A stretch of DNA of 64,000 nucleotides from Candidatus Tenderia sp. (GTDB lineage Bacteria > Pseudomonadota > Gammaproteobacteria > Tenderiales > Tenderiaceae): NCBI GenBank assembly GCA_031416075.1, contig JANOSY010000014.1, positions 63,157 to 127,156 on the forward strand. Direction: 5' to 3'. Below, piece by piece: positions 20,161 to 30,959 of the stretch (position 1 is its first letter; each line of letters starts with the position of its first letter). Under the pieces are notes generated by a model, which made no database searches, had not been told where the DNA came from, and saw only the letters and a program-made list of their open reading frames with translations. The position numbers were made by a program, and so were the translations under genes.

Positions 20161-21300
20161 TCAGATCCCCAGCTTTTGGTAGAGGATGGTCATCACAGAG
20201 GCGCTCACCACAACATAGATGATACTGGTCACCACGGCGGAGGTGGTGGCTTGGCCAACGGCGGCGGCGCTTCGTCCGCACTGAATGCCACGCAGGCAAC
20301 CGGCAATGGCGATGCAGATGCCGTAGACCAGTGCCTTGCTTAGCCCCACCAGTATGTGGTTGATATCCATAATGTGCAGTGTTTGTACGTAATACTCAAA
20401 GATACTGATATTAAACGCGGTGACGGCAACCATCATGCCGGCCAGAATGCCTACCAGATCGGCATATAGCGTCAGCAGTGGCACCATGATGATGAGTGTG
20501 ATCAGCCGGGGTAATACCAGATATTCAATGGGTGATATTCCAAGTGTACGCAGGGCGTCTATCTCCTCATTCACCTGCATGGTGCCGATCTCTGCGGCGT
20601 ATGAGGCACCGGTACGTCCGGCGATGATGATCGCCGTCATCAGCGCCCCCACCTCACGCACCATGCCGATGCCGACCAGATCGGCGATATAGATCTCCGC
20701 CCCAAACAGCGCCAGCTGGCTCGCCCCCATATAGGCGAGGATCATGCCGACCAAAAAGCTGATCAAAGAGACAATGGGTAGCGCCCGAGGGCCAGCATCC
20801 TGCAGCAGCAGGCCAATGTCTTCACGGCGAAAATGGGCACGGCCACGCACTGTATTCGCCAGGGCAACTGCGCTACCACCAATGAAGCGTAGCGTCTGTG
20901 GTGCGTCATACCATAAATTTAAAGTGCTTTCGCCCACCTGATTGAGCAGTGACCCCGGTGCAGTGTTGAGATTCGGGTCATCACGTTGGTGGGTCGTCAT
21001 CGCCAGTGACAGTAGTCGCTGTACACCTGATGGCAACCCCTGGTAGTTCACACTCACCCCATTTGCCAGACAGTATCTCTGGAGTTGTAATAAAAAAGCA
21101 GTCAGTGATGAGTCCCAAGAGCCCATGGATTGGGTATTGAAATGGAGCGAGCGGTAATCGCTGAGCTGTTCTAAAAGTGGCTGGATACTGGGTATCCCCC
21201 GCTGTAAAAGCCACTCTCCCATTAGCTGTAATACAACCCCTCCAGACGTTAGTGGCTGCAGTTGATAGTGCGTGGCCTCTGTGGCGGGGGGGAGGGACAT
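20161..21300 (-). CDS. MlaE-family permease with N-terminal STAS-like domain
   Basis: REVGALMTA...GRTGASYAAEIGTMQVNEEIDAL and VGQATT.AVV motifs. Start uncertain; the ORF extends to 21369. Confidence 0.9.
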   Translation of the reverse strand: MSLPPATEATHYQLQPLTSGGVVLQLMGEWLLQRGIPSIQPLLEQLSDYRSLHFNTQSMGSWDSSLTAFLLQLQRYCLANGVSVNYQGLPSGVQRLLSLAMTTHQRDDPNLNTAPGSLLNQVGESTLNLWYDAPQTLRFIGGSAVALANTVRGRAHFRREDIGLLLQDAGPRALPIVSLISFLVGMILAYMGASQLALFGAEIYIADLVGIGMVREVGALMTAIIIAGRTGASYAAEIGTMQVNEEIDALRTLGISPIEYLVLPRLITLIIMVPLLTLYADLVGILAGMMVAVTAFNISIFEYYVQTLHIMDINHILVGLSKALVYGICIAIAGCLRGIQCGRSAAAVGQATTSAVVTSIIYVVVSASVMTILYQKLGI

Positions 21301-21634
21301 TGCCTTGATAAGTCTCCAGTAATTAACCGCCATAGACGTCTGTTGCAGCATTGTAAAATCCTGGTCCACAGTGGTTTATTTCAAAGTCATCAGGAATCTA
21401 TTCAATATCTTACCGATAGTATGACGGCACTTTGTTTGATAACTGATGGCCTCCTGGTTAATCGTATGGTGTGAGCTTAATGGTTATATGCAGGTTCTCT
21501 CCCTTCTCTAAAGAGTTTTAAATTAGTGCCGTTGTCTAGGGGGAGCAGTGGTGCAGCACCAATAGAATTTTAGTTGCAAGGGTATTGGTGAAAGCTAAGT
21601 TTTCATCTGTTTTGTGGTTGAAGAGGAAGCAAGG

Positions 21635-23266
21635 ATGGTTAAGTCGTTTGAGAAGTTACTGGGGATGTATAGCTGGAGGGCCAAAATATTAGGCTTAGCC
21701 AGTATTTTTGCTCTTGGCACACTGGCAGTGGGTGCCATGGGTGCCTACTCCATTCTCAAACTGAGTCAGGATGTTAAAGAACAGAACGCCAAATCGACAG
21801 CGCGGACGCAAATCATCGAAGAGGCGCAGTTTGCGCTGCTGAGAATGGGGACAGCGCAGGCTGAGGTGATTGCACATGTCGATGTGGCCGAGATTAAAAA
21901 AGCCTCAGTCACCGCCATCAAAGCGGCCGCTGACCTGGAAGAAAAGCTGCATAACCTGCATGAAGCATTGCCAGATGATACCAATGTGAAGGAGTTACAG
22001 AAGCTGGTGCAAGACCTTAAACCACGGCGTATGCAGGTGATTATCCTGGCACGGCGTGACCGTGACGATGAAGCGCTGGGAGCCCTTGAGGTGATGGTGC
22101 CTGTATTTAAACGTGTTGATGAGTTGGCCACCACCATTGTTGATGAGCAGCGGCTGGTGACAAAACAGTATCTGGTGGATATTGAAGAGCAGGGCAAACA
22201 GACGGTTTATGTATTAATGATTTTTGTGGGTGTCGGCCTGTTTGTTAGCATTATTCTGAGTCTGATCTTGGCAAGATTTGCGGTGAAACCGATGTTTGTA
22301 TTGGAACGGGCGATGGCTGCACTGGCAACCGGTGATCTACAGGTAAAACTGGGTGATGCCGGTCGCGATGAAGTGGGGCGTATGGTCAAGGCTATGAATA
22401 GTACGGTCGAAGATCTGCATGCCATCGTGACAAAAATACAGGGTGGTACCAATACGTTGAGCAGTGAGGCGGGTCGTGTGGCCAGTGCTGCCGATAAAAT
22501 CCACAGCGTCTCTAATAATTTACATAAAGGTGTAAAAGGCATTAAAAACGATGCCGACATGGTGATGTCAACCACCAATAACGCGGCGCATGAGTTGGAG
22601 CAGGCGGCTGAGCGTGCTCAACAGACAGCAGACAGTTCTGAATCAACCGTTGGTACACTCAGCAAAACAACGGCAGGTTTTGAGCGTTTCCAAAATCAGA
22701 TGGAAAGCACGGCGGAAGTGACCCGCGACCTTGCACGAAAAGCGGAAAATATTACCGCCATCACCAAAACTATTCGTGACATCTCATCACAAACCAATTT
22801 ATTAGCACTGAACGCAGCGATTGAGGCGGCCCGTGCCGGTGAACAAGGGCGTGGTTTTGCCGTGGTGGCGGATGAGGTCAGGCAGCTGGCTACCCGCACT
22901 GAATCAGCCACTTCAGAAATATCGACACTGGTCGAAACCATCTCGTCCAGTGTGAACAATGCTGTGGAGTTGCTAGACCGTTCAGTGGCCGAATCCAGTG
23001 AAAATATTTCGGGGTTAAAACAGGTGGTGCAGGAGACCGTACATAATCGTGATCAGGCAGTTTATCTGCGTGATGTAATGCACCAGGTTGTAAGGATGAT
23101 GGGTGAGCAGGAGCAGGCAGTGGGTGGAATTAATAAATCGGTAAACGGGCTGTTTGATTTGAGTGCTGAAACCAGCAAACAGACGGAGATATTGCACTCT
23201 TTATCCGCCAGTCTTAATGAGGCCGCAGCCGATTTGGGTCAGATCGTGGATAAGTTCAAGCTGTGA
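21635..23266 (+). CDS. Methyl-accepting chemotaxis protein (2 TM, helical periplasmic sensor, HAMP)
   Basis: HAMP (GDL...RDEVG) and the signature [31 protein letters not shown]. Confidence 0.95.
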   Translation: MVKSFEKLLGMYSWRAKILGLASIFALGTLAVGAMGAYSILKLSQDVKEQNAKSTARTQIIEEAQFALLRMGTAQAEVIAHVDVAEIKKASVTAIKAAADLEEKLHNLHEALPDDTNVKELQKLVQDLKPRRMQVIILARRDRDDEALGALEVMVPVFKRVDELATTIVDEQRLVTKQYLVDIEEQGKQTVYVLMIFVGVGLFVSIILSLILARFAVKPMFVLERAMAALATGDLQVKLGDAGRDEVGRMVKAMNSTVEDLHAIVTKIQGGTNTLSSEAGRVASAADKIHSVSNNLHKGVKGIKNDADMVMSTTNNAAHELEQAAERAQQTADSSESTVGTLSKTTAGFERFQNQMESTAEVTRDLARKAENITAITKTIRDISSQTNLLALNAAIEAARAGEQGRGFAVVADEVRQLATRTESATSEISTLVETISSSVNNAVELLDRSVAESSENISGLKQVVQETVHNRDQAVYLRDVMHQVVRMMGEQEQAVGGINKSVNGLFDLSAETSKQTEILHSLSASLNEAAADLGQIVDKFKL

Positions 23267-23319
23267 TACCAACTATTAACAGTTAAACAATATTTTGTAA
23301 TGTACAGGAGACTTTGATA

Positions 23320-24366
23320 ATGAAAATGGGACCTTTTGCTGTAAAAAGATTAACAACACAGATTGCCGTAGCGGTGATGGGTGCTTCGATGGCGTTTGGT
23401 GTCATTGCTGCCGGGACTATCAAACCCTCTGAGGAAGATATTACAAAATATCTACGCCCCGCGGCCGTGCCACAACCCGCTGACAACATGATGACACCGG
23501 AACGAATAGAGTTGGGAAAATTTCTGTTTTTTGATCCACGCCTGTCGGGTTCTAATTTTATCAGTTGCGCCACCTGTCATAACCCTGCCATGGGATGGTC
23601 TGACGGCCAGCCGACGGCGATTGGTCACGGTATGGGACAGTTAGCGCGTTCGTCGCCAACGATACTGAATACCGCCTATCAATCCCTGATGATGTGGGAT
23701 GGCCGTTTCCGTTCTCTGGAGGAGCAGGCCCTCGGCCCCATCCAGGATGGCGGCGAAATGGCACAACCGATGATTGAACTGATCCCGGAGATCAAGTCCA
23801 TTTCCAAGTATGCGGTGATGTTTGAAGCCGCCTATCCCGGTGAAGGGGTGACCAAGGAGGGGATCGGCAAGGCGATCGCGAGCTTCGAGCGTTCTATTGT
23901 CTCAACCGATTCCGGCTTCGACCGTTGGTTGAAGGGGGTCGATACGGCGATGAGTGACTCTGCCAAACGCGGCTTTACCCTTTTCAAGGGTAAGGCCAAT
24001 TGCGCGGCTTGCCACAGCGGCTTCAATTTCAGCGACAACGGCTTTCACAACATCGGTCTACCCGATAGTAAGGATGATGGGCGCTACCGGGTTAAAAAGG
24101 TTGAGGTGCTGAAGGGTGCCTTCAAGACCCCAACCCTGCGTGACGTCGCCCTTACTGCCCCCTATATGCACAACGGCCAGTACAGCACCTTGGCAGATGT
24201 GGTAGCCCACTACAATCGTGGTGGTGACAAAAATCCTGGTCATCTTAGCCCCAATATGAAACCGCTGAATCTCAGCAAGGCAGAGCAGCAGGATCTGGTT
24301 GAGTTTTTGAAGGCGCTGACCGGGGATCCATTGGCACTTACATTCCCACAGCTGCCGGTTAACTAA
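23320..24366 (+). CDS. Diheme cytochrome c peroxidase, MauG-like
   Basis: LFFDPRLS, CATCH, MWDGR, CAACH, FKTPTLR and PYMHNG motifs; signal peptide; AGGAG RBS. Confidence 0.92.
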   Translation: MKMGPFAVKRLTTQIAVAVMGASMAFGVIAAGTIKPSEEDITKYLRPAAVPQPADNMMTPERIELGKFLFFDPRLSGSNFISCATCHNPAMGWSDGQPTAIGHGMGQLARSSPTILNTAYQSLMMWDGRFRSLEEQALGPIQDGGEMAQPMIELIPEIKSISKYAVMFEAAYPGEGVTKEGIGKAIASFERSIVSTDSGFDRWLKGVDTAMSDSAKRGFTLFKGKANCAACHSGFNFSDNGFHNIGLPDSKDDGRYRVKKVEVLKGAFKTPTLRDVALTAPYMHNGQYSTLADVVAHYNRGGDKNPGHLSPNMKPLNLSKAEQQDLVEFLKALTGDPLALTFPQLPVN

Positions 24367-24391
24367 GATTGGATAGGAAAAGGAGATCATT

Positions 24392-24727
24392 ATGTTGAAT
24401 ACAAAGACGGTTGTGGCTGGTCTGGTTGTTGTCATGTTTTCGGTGGCGGCAGGTGCTGCGGAAGTGATTGTGGCGCAGAATAGTAAAAGCTTTAAAAAAG
24501 ATGGTGCAAAAATTGAGAAAATAAGCGTTAAAGCTGGCGACTCAATTTCATTCAAAAATGAAGATCCATTTTTTCATAATATTTTTTCGCTCTCTGACCT
24601 GAAAACATTTGATTTGGGCTCATACCCAGCAGGTGAGTCAAAGTCAGTCAAGTTTGACAAGCCGGGCGTGGCGGAAATTGAGTGCGCCATTCACCCAGAC
24701 ATGCTGCTGGAGGTTACGGTTAATTAA
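24392..24727 (+). CDS. Small exported cupredoxin (type-1 copper)
   Basis: Signal peptide, then F.N.D...HN and C-x2-H-x2-M (CAIHPDM) ligand set. Confidence 0.88.
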   Translation: MLNTKTVVAGLVVVMFSVAAGAAEVIVAQNSKSFKKDGAKIEKISVKAGDSISFKNEDPFFHNIFSLSDLKTFDLGSYPAGESKSVKFDKPGVAEIECAIHPDMLLEVTVN

Positions 24728-25383
24728 TGTTGCACTGGTGCTGTTCCTGGTTCGGAATAGCATTTCTGTTGGCGATGTTTGGTTTTGTCAATGTGGCAGA
24801 GGCTGCCAGGGAACGGCGCTAGGATGTGGACGAGATAAGGACGCAGCCGTTAATCCGAGGTGCTGTTGTTTTTAAATCATACTGCGTGATGTGTCATGGT
24901 GAAGCGGGCGATGGAGTGGCCCGTGCGACCAAGCTTTATGGACAGATGAACCTGGTTATCATGGAGCGATCGGATGAGTTTTATGAAAAGATCATTCGAG
25001 TGGGTGGGCTGGGTGTTGGGTTGTCGAAGTTTATGCCAGCTTGGAAGGATGAGCTTACGGATGAGCAGATAAAAGATGTGGCGGTCTATTTAAGTGCTGT
25101 TGGCTCACCGGAAAAACGTGGTGAGGCGGTTTTTAAGACTAACTGCATTCTTTGTCATGGAATTAAAGGCAATGGAAAGGGGCGGGCCGCCGTGCTTTAT
25201 GACCCGCCACCCGCCGATTTGACACGCAGTGATAAAAATGATGATTACAAGCGGTCGATCATTACGATGGGTGGTAAAGCAATGGGACGTTCTGAGGTGA
25301 TGCCCGTATGGGGCAAACAATTAACAGTGCAGGAGATAGATGATGTGGTTGTTTATCTTCGCACTATCGTCATGGACCTTTAG
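24727..25383 (+). pseudogene. Diheme cytochrome c with an in-frame TAG (24820-24822) after the signal peptide
   Basis: The ATG overlaps the upstream TAA and gives MLHWCCSWFGIAFLLAMFGFVNVAEA-ARERR, then TAG, then the same frame continues into CVMCH and CILCH heme domains. Confidence 0.7.
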
Positions 25384-25450
25384 TTCTTCTGGTGCAACAG
25401 GGCGCTGCTCTGCATGGCATGTGGCAGAATAAAAGACAGGGATAACACAG

Positions 25451-26131
25451 ATGAAAAAACTGAAAAATTTGGTGTTGGTGCTGGCAGTGTTCAGCTACCT
25501 TATGGGTTCTGCTTATGCAAGTGAGGAGCGTGAAAGTCGCAATGAGGTGCGCGACACCATGAAACAGGCAAAGGCCAAAACCCGCCAGGCGACACGTGGT
25601 GGTTTGGTTTATAAAACCTACTGTGTGTTGTGTCACGGTTTACATGGTGATGGTTCTGCCAGGATTGCCAAACTCCATAGTGGATTAAACCTGGTGATTG
25701 GGAAACAGGACGATACCTACTATGAAAAGATTATTCGTCAAGGCGGTGAAGGTGTGGGACGCTCCGGTTTTATGCCCACCTGGGATGATGAACTCTCCGA
25801 CGAGCAGATCACTGATGTAGTGATCTACCTGTCGTTGGTCACCGATCCGGTGCGTCGTGGTGAGGTGGTCTTTAAAACTAACTGTATCCTTTGTCATGGG
25901 GTGAATGGTGATGGTAAGGGGCGTGCCTCAGAGCTGTATGATCCACCCCCAGCCAACCTGACACGCAGTAACAAAAACGATGATTATAAACGTTCGATCA
26001 TCACGCTGGGTGGTGCAGCAATGGGCCGTTCAGAGGTGATGCCGGTCTGGGGCGAACAGCTGGGCGCTGATGAGATTAATGATGTGGTGGCCTATCTTCG
26101 GACCATTTTGGTGGTACCCCCTACAGAATAG
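25451..26131 (+). CDS. Diheme class I cytochrome c (two c6/c553-like domains)
   Basis: Signal peptide; CVLCH and CILCH, each followed by an MP.W distal Met motif. Paralog of the upstream gene. Confidence 0.9.
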   Translation: MKKLKNLVLVLAVFSYLMGSAYASEERESRNEVRDTMKQAKAKTRQATRGGLVYKTYCVLCHGLHGDGSARIAKLHSGLNLVIGKQDDTYYEKIIRQGGEGVGRSGFMPTWDDELSDEQITDVVIYLSLVTDPVRRGEVVFKTNCILCHGVNGDGKGRASELYDPPPANLTRSNKNDDYKRSIITLGGAAMGRSEVMPVWGEQLGADEINDVVAYLRTILVVPPTE

Positions 26132-26151
26132 AACGGACGTTTGTTTGCCCT

Positions 26152-26191
26152 AAGAGAGGGCGCGGAGATTGTCTCCGTGCCCTCTCTTTTT
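26152..26191 (+). terminator. Rho-independent terminator closing the MCP-peroxidase operon
   Basis: AAGAGAGGGCGCGGAGA-ttg-TCTCCGTGCCCTCTCTT followed by a T run. Confidence 0.85.
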
Positions 26192-26258
26192 ACTGCTTCT
26201 GCCGCTGGCATGGTTATAATGCAGCACTTTGAGTTGATAGCGAGCAGTAGGAATCCCC

Positions 26259-28514
26259 ATGAGCGATACACAACCGCGCCCTGATGATGGCATCGAGCGC
26301 CTGCCTCTCAAGAGTTTTTCTGAGAAGGCCTACCTTGAATACTCCATGTACGTCATTCTCGACCGGGCATTGCCACACATTGGCGATGGCATGAAGCCGG
26401 TACAGCGCCGTATTGTCTACGCGATGTCGGAGCTGGGACTCTCGGCGACGGCCAAGTTCAAGAAGTCGGCCCGTACCATCGGTGACGTGCTGGGTAAGTT
26501 CCATCCCCACGGCGACAGCGCCTGTTATGAGGCGATGGTGCACATGGCCCAGCCCTTTTCGTTCCGTTATCCGCTGGTGGACGGACAGGGCAACTGGGGT
26601 TCGACTGATGATCCCAAATCCTTCGCCGCGATGCGGTATACCGAATCGCGTCTGACCGCCTATGCGGAACTGCTGCTAAGCGAGGTCGCACACGGCACGG
26701 TGGAGTGGGTTCCCAATTTTGACGGTACGCTGGAAGAGCCAGCGGTACTGCCGGCACGTGTCCCCAATGTCTTGTTAAACGGTGTGACAGGCATTGCGGT
26801 CGGCATGGCCACCGACATCCCGCCGCACAACATGCGCGAGGTGGTAAGTGCCTGCATCCGCCTGCTGGAAGAGCCAAACGCCTCTGTCAGCGCCTTATGT
26901 GAACATATTCTTGGCCCTGATTATCCTACCGAGGCCGAGATCATTACCGCCAAGGCCGACCTGATCAAGATGTATGAAAGTGGCAACGGCAGTGTCCGTA
27001 TGCGCGCCACCTACGAGCGTGAGGATGCCGATATCATCATCACCGCGCTGCCTTATCAGGTCTCCGGTGCCAAGATCCTGGAGCAGATCGCTGCTCAGAT
27101 GAACGCCAAAAAGCTGCCGATGGTGGAGGATCTGCGTGACGAGTCGGACCATGAAAACCCCACACGTCTGGTGATCACGCCACGTTCCAGCCGGGTTGAT
27201 ATTGAGGCGCTGATGTTGCACCTCTTTGCCACCACCGATCTGGAGCGTAGCTACCGCGTCAATTTTAACGTCATCGGCATCGATGGCCGACCGCAGGTGA
27301 AAAATCTGCGTCATATGCTCACCGAGTGGCTGGAGTTCCGCACCGAGACGGTCCGTAAGCGGCTGGAATATCGCCTTGGCAAGGTCAATCGCCGTCTGCA
27401 TCTGTTGGAAGGTTTGCTGATTGCCTTCCTCAATCTTGACGAGGTGATCCAGATCATCCGCACCGAGGAGGAGCCCAAGGCGGTGCTGATGCAGCGCTTT
27501 GAGCTGACCGAAGAGCAGACCGACTACATCCTTGATACCAAACTGCGGCAGTTGGCGCGGCTGGAAGAGATGAAAATTCGCGGCGAGCAGGACGAGCTGG
27601 CCAAGGAGCGCGATCAGCTGGAGAAGATCCTCGGCTCCAAACAGCGGTTGAAGTCCTTGATCCGTAACGAGCTGCTGGCCGATGCCGAGCAGTATGGCGA
27701 TGAGCGCCGTTCACCCATTGTCAGCCGTGGCGCCGCCAGCGCCCTGGATGAGACGGCGCTGACACCGGCAGAGCCGATCACCGTCATACTCTCTGATAAA
27801 GGTTGGGTGCGTGCCGCCAAGGGCCATGACATCGATCCACTGGCGCTGAGTTACAAGGCGGGGGATGGCTACCGTGCCCTGGCCCATGGCCGCAGCAATC
27901 AACTGGCGGTATTCCTTGACTCCACAGGTCGTTGCTACGCCGTGCCGGCCCACACGCTGCCTTCGGCCCGCGGCCAAGGCGAGCCGCTGACGGGCCGCCT
28001 GACACCCCCATCAGGGGCGGAGTTTGTGGCGGTGATCATGGGCAACGAAGAGGATCGTTACCTGCTCGCCAGCGACGCCGGTTACGGCTTTGTCGCCAAA
28101 CTCGGTGACCTGATGGCGCGCAACAAAAACGGCAAGACCCTGCTGACCCTGCCCGCTGGGGCCAAGGTGTTGCCGCCTGCCGCCATCGCCAATGTTGCCA
28201 CTGGCAGCGTAGTGGCAGTGACAACGGAAGGGCGGATGCTGGTCTGTATGCTCTCCGACCTGCCGGAGCTGAGCAAGGGCAAGGGCAATAAGATCATCTC
28301 GATCCCTTCAGCGCGGGTTGCCAGCCGTGAAGAGTATGTGGTGACGCTCAGTTCTGTTGCCCAGGGTGAGAGCCTGACACTCCACTGCGGCCAGCGCCAC
28401 ACCACCTTCAAGGCCACCGACCTTGACCACTACCGTGGTGAGCGTGGTGTTCGCGGCAACAAACTGCCACGCGGGTTTCAGCGGGTTGACCGGGCAGTGC
28501 CTGGGGATAAGTAG
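26259..28514 (+). CDS. parC: DNA topoisomerase IV subunit A
   Basis: [25 protein letters not shown] and AAMRYTE (catalytic Tyr); 751 aa. Confidence 0.97.
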   Translation: MSDTQPRPDDGIERLPLKSFSEKAYLEYSMYVILDRALPHIGDGMKPVQRRIVYAMSELGLSATAKFKKSARTIGDVLGKFHPHGDSACYEAMVHMAQPFSFRYPLVDGQGNWGSTDDPKSFAAMRYTESRLTAYAELLLSEVAHGTVEWVPNFDGTLEEPAVLPARVPNVLLNGVTGIAVGMATDIPPHNMREVVSACIRLLEEPNASVSALCEHILGPDYPTEAEIITAKADLIKMYESGNGSVRMRATYEREDADIIITALPYQVSGAKILEQIAAQMNAKKLPMVEDLRDESDHENPTRLVITPRSSRVDIEALMLHLFATTDLERSYRVNFNVIGIDGRPQVKNLRHMLTEWLEFRTETVRKRLEYRLGKVNRRLHLLEGLLIAFLNLDEVIQIIRTEEEPKAVLMQRFELTEEQTDYILDTKLRQLARLEEMKIRGEQDELAKERDQLEKILGSKQRLKSLIRNELLADAEQYGDERRSPIVSRGAASALDETALTPAEPITVILSDKGWVRAAKGHDIDPLALSYKAGDGYRALAHGRSNQLAVFLDSTGRCYAVPAHTLPSARGQGEPLTGRLTPPSGAEFVAVIMGNEEDRYLLASDAGYGFVAKLGDLMARNKNGKTLLTLPAGAKVLPPAAIANVATGSVVAVTTEGRMLVCMLSDLPELSKGKGNKIISIPSARVASREEYVVTLSSVAQGESLTLHCGQRHTTFKATDLDHYRGERGVRGNKLPRGFQRVDRAVPGDK

Positions 28515-28614
28515 TTGATGTGAGCCTCTGGTAGGTTGGCTCACAGGGGTTCTCTGTGGGTTGTGGTGGGGGTGTGGAGTTGGTTTTAAGCGGTGTGTAG
28601 GGTTTTTCTTTTGC

Positions 28615-28645
28615 CCCCCTTGAACTCTTAATAATGACCCCACAT
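28615..28645 (+). promoter_or_regulatory. Sigma-32 (RpoH) promoter of htpX
   Basis: CCCCCTTGAA-N13-CCCCACAT fits the CTTGAA-N13/14-CCCCATNT consensus. Confidence 0.75.
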
Positions 28646-28699
28646 CTAATGTGCCGAGGCCCCTGCCTCAAGATGGTTACCTGTGATTTTGGAGGATAA

Positions 28700-29581
28700 A
28701 TGAAACGTGTACTGCTATTCCTGGCCACCAATCTGGCCATTATTGTTGTCCTGAGCATCACCTTGAGGCTGCTGGGGGTGGATAGTATCCTTGATGAGCA
28801 GGGTGGCAACCTCAATATGAACTCACTGATGGTCTTTGCCGCCGTGTTTGGCATGGGGGGTTCATTTATCTCCCTGTTGATCTCCAAATGGGTTGCCAAA
28901 CGTTCAACGGGCGCCCGTGTGATCGAGCAGCCCAGCAACGCCACCGAGAAGTGGCTGGTGGATACCGTGCGCCGTCAGGCGGAAAAGGCCGGTATCGGCA
29001 TGCCCGAAGTGGCGATCTTTGATTCACCTTCCCCCAACGCCTTTGCTACCGGTGCCCGTCGTGACGCCTCGCTGGTGGCGGTGAGCACCGGTCTGTTGAG
29101 TGCCATGGACAAGGATGAGGTTGAGGCGGTGCTGGCCCACGAGATCAGCCATGTGGCCAATGGCGACATGATCACCCTGGCGCTGATCCAGGGGGTGGTG
29201 AACACCTTTGTCATCTTCTTCGCCCGCGTCATCGGTCACTTTGTCGACCGTGTCATCCTTAAAAATGAGCGTGGCCACGGCATCGGCTTCATGATTACCA
29301 CTGTTGTAGCGGAGCTGGTCTTGGGGATTTTGGCCTCCACCATTGTGATGTGGTTTAGTCGCCAGCGTGAATTCCGTGCTGATGCCGGCGGTGCCAGCTT
29401 GGCAGGTCGTCAGAAAATGATCTCGGCCCTGGAGCGCCTTAAACAGGGTGTGACGGAGCCGCTGCCCGATCGGTTGGCGGCCTTTGGTATCGCGGGTGGT
29501 ATGGGTGGTGGCCTGAAAAAACTGTTTATGAGCCATCCGCCACTGGATGAGCGCATTGAGGCGCTGCGTCGTAACGCCTGA
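28700..29581 (+). CDS. htpX: Protease HtpX
   Basis: [23 protein letters not shown] zinc motif, SRQREFRAD and SHPPL. Confidence 0.97.
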   Translation: MKRVLLFLATNLAIIVVLSITLRLLGVDSILDEQGGNLNMNSLMVFAAVFGMGGSFISLLISKWVAKRSTGARVIEQPSNATEKWLVDTVRRQAEKAGIGMPEVAIFDSPSPNAFATGARRDASLVAVSTGLLSAMDKDEVEAVLAHEISHVANGDMITLALIQGVVNTFVIFFARVIGHFVDRVILKNERGHGIGFMITTVVAELVLGILASTIVMWFSRQREFRADAGGASLAGRQKMISALERLKQGVTEPLPDRLAAFGIAGGMGGGLKKLFMSHPPLDERIEALRRNA

Positions 29582-29651
29582 GTTCTTCCCCCTATCTCTG
29601 GCGACCGTGCTGGTCGCCAGTCTCCCTTGATAGCCTAAAAACCACTTTATT

Positions 29652-29668
29652 ATTCAGCTTTCATTCAG
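29652..29668 (+). promoter_or_regulatory. PhoP/OmpR-type direct repeat box
   Basis: ATTCAG-N5-ATTCAG (11-bp period) upstream of the cytochrome c that precedes the response regulator. Confidence 0.55.
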
Positions 29669-29791
29669 TTTCACTGGCGTAACGTTAACTCCGTGGGAAA
29701 GATTTTTTATTCGAACCTGTTGGTGCGAGTGAAAATAGAGAGGGGTCAACCAGCGATGGTTGATCAGGAAATTGAAAGAGGAGAACTCAAT

Positions 29792-30112
29792 ATGAAACGT
29801 ATTATTGCTGCTGCTGTTATGGCTTCTGCCTTTGTTGCTGCCCCTGCTATGGCCGACCTGGATCTGGCCAAGAAGAGCGGCTGCTTGGCTTGCCACAGTG
29901 TTGATGCCAAGGTTGTTGGTCCAGCATGGAAAGATGTTGCTGCCAAGTACAAAGGCAAGGCTGATGCCAAGGCCACTCTGGTGAACTCTATTGCTAAGGG
30001 TAGCAAGGGTAGCTGGACTGCGGTGACTGGTGGTGTGCCAATGCCTCCGTACTCACCACGTGTTGCTGATGCCGATATCGGCAAGCTGGCTGACTTCATT
30101 CTTGGCCTGTAA
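29792..30112 (+). CDS. Class I cytochrome c551/c552
   Basis: Signal peptide, CLACH...KVVGPAWKDVA.KY and PMPP; GAGGAG RBS. Confidence 0.93.
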   Translation: MKRIIAAAVMASAFVAAPAMADLDLAKKSGCLACHSVDAKVVGPAWKDVAAKYKGKADAKATLVNSIAKGSKGSWTAVTGGVPMPPYSPRVADADIGKLADFILGL

Positions 30113-30142
30113 GCATCACCTGTTGTAGTTAGGTACTTATGT

Positions 30143-30186
30143 AGCCTGGGGTGTGTCGAGGTTCACTCGACCCCCCGGGCTTTTTT
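30143..30186 (+). terminator. Rho-independent terminator
   Basis: AGCCTGGGG...GTCGAG/CTCGAC...CCCCGGGCT followed by a T run. Confidence 0.75.
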
Positions 30187-30275
30187 ACGTCCAGGATTTG
30201 TAGTTTGTATCCCTTCATCTGATATTTCCGGTTATGCTGTTCGGCCATATATTTCCAATATTGGCCGGTGTGGTG

Positions 30276-30959
30276 ATGCGTTTATTGATTGTTGAGGATG
30301 AGGATGAGTTGCGGCAGCAGTTGCGCGAGCGGTTTACCCAGGAAGGATACGCAGTAGATGCCGTTGCTGATGGCAAAGAGGGACTCTATTTTGCGACTGA
30401 ATACCCCATTGATATCGCGGTGGTGGATGTGGGGCTGCCCAAACTGTCAGGGATAGATCTGTTGCAGCAGTTGCGGGCGACAGGTAAAACCTTTCCCGTG
30501 CTGATATTGACGGCTCGGGGTCGCTGGCAGGATAAGGTATCGGGGCTGGATGCTGGCGCGGATGACTATCTGGTGAAACCTTTTCATATTGAAGAGCTGG
30601 TGGCCCGTATTAAGGCGCTGGTGCGCCGTGCGGCGGGGGTGGCGCAACCGATATTGTGTTCTGGGCCGATCTGCCTGAATACGGTGACACAAGAGGTCTC
30701 CGTGGCGGGGGCGCTGCTGGAGTTGACGGCGTATGAGTATAAGGTGTTGGAGTACTTGATACTGAATGCCGGGCAGGTGATCTCCAAGAGTGTCTTGACG
30801 GATCATATTTATGCTCAGGACTTTGACCGGGACAGCAATGTGATCGAGGTGTTTGTGGGGCGTCTGCGGCGCAAGCTTGATCCTGATAATGTTTTACAAC
30901 CGATAGAGACGCTGCGTGGACGAGGTTACCGCTTTATATTGCAGCGGAGTGAAATGTGA
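30276..30959 (+). CDS. OmpR/PhoP-family response regulator
   Basis: MRLLIVED, LTARGRWQDKV.GL.AGADDY.VKPF, DRDSNVIEVFVGRLR and ETLRGRGY. Confidence 0.93.
   Translation: MRLLIVEDEDELRQQLRERFTQEGYAVDAVADGKEGLYFATEYPIDIAVVDVGLPKLSGIDLLQQLRATGKTFPVLILTARGRWQDKVSGLDAGADDYLVKPFHIEELVARIKALVRRAAGVAQPILCSGPICLNTVTQEVSVAGALLELTAYEYKVLEYLILNAGQVISKSVLTDHIYAQDFDRDSNVIEVFVGRLRRKLDPDNVLQPIETLRGRGYRFILQRSEM

Noticed and set aside
21425-21440. Sigma-54 promoter for the MCP operon (CGGCAC-N5-TTGA)
   Set aside because: Lacks the conserved -12 GC; too weak to call.
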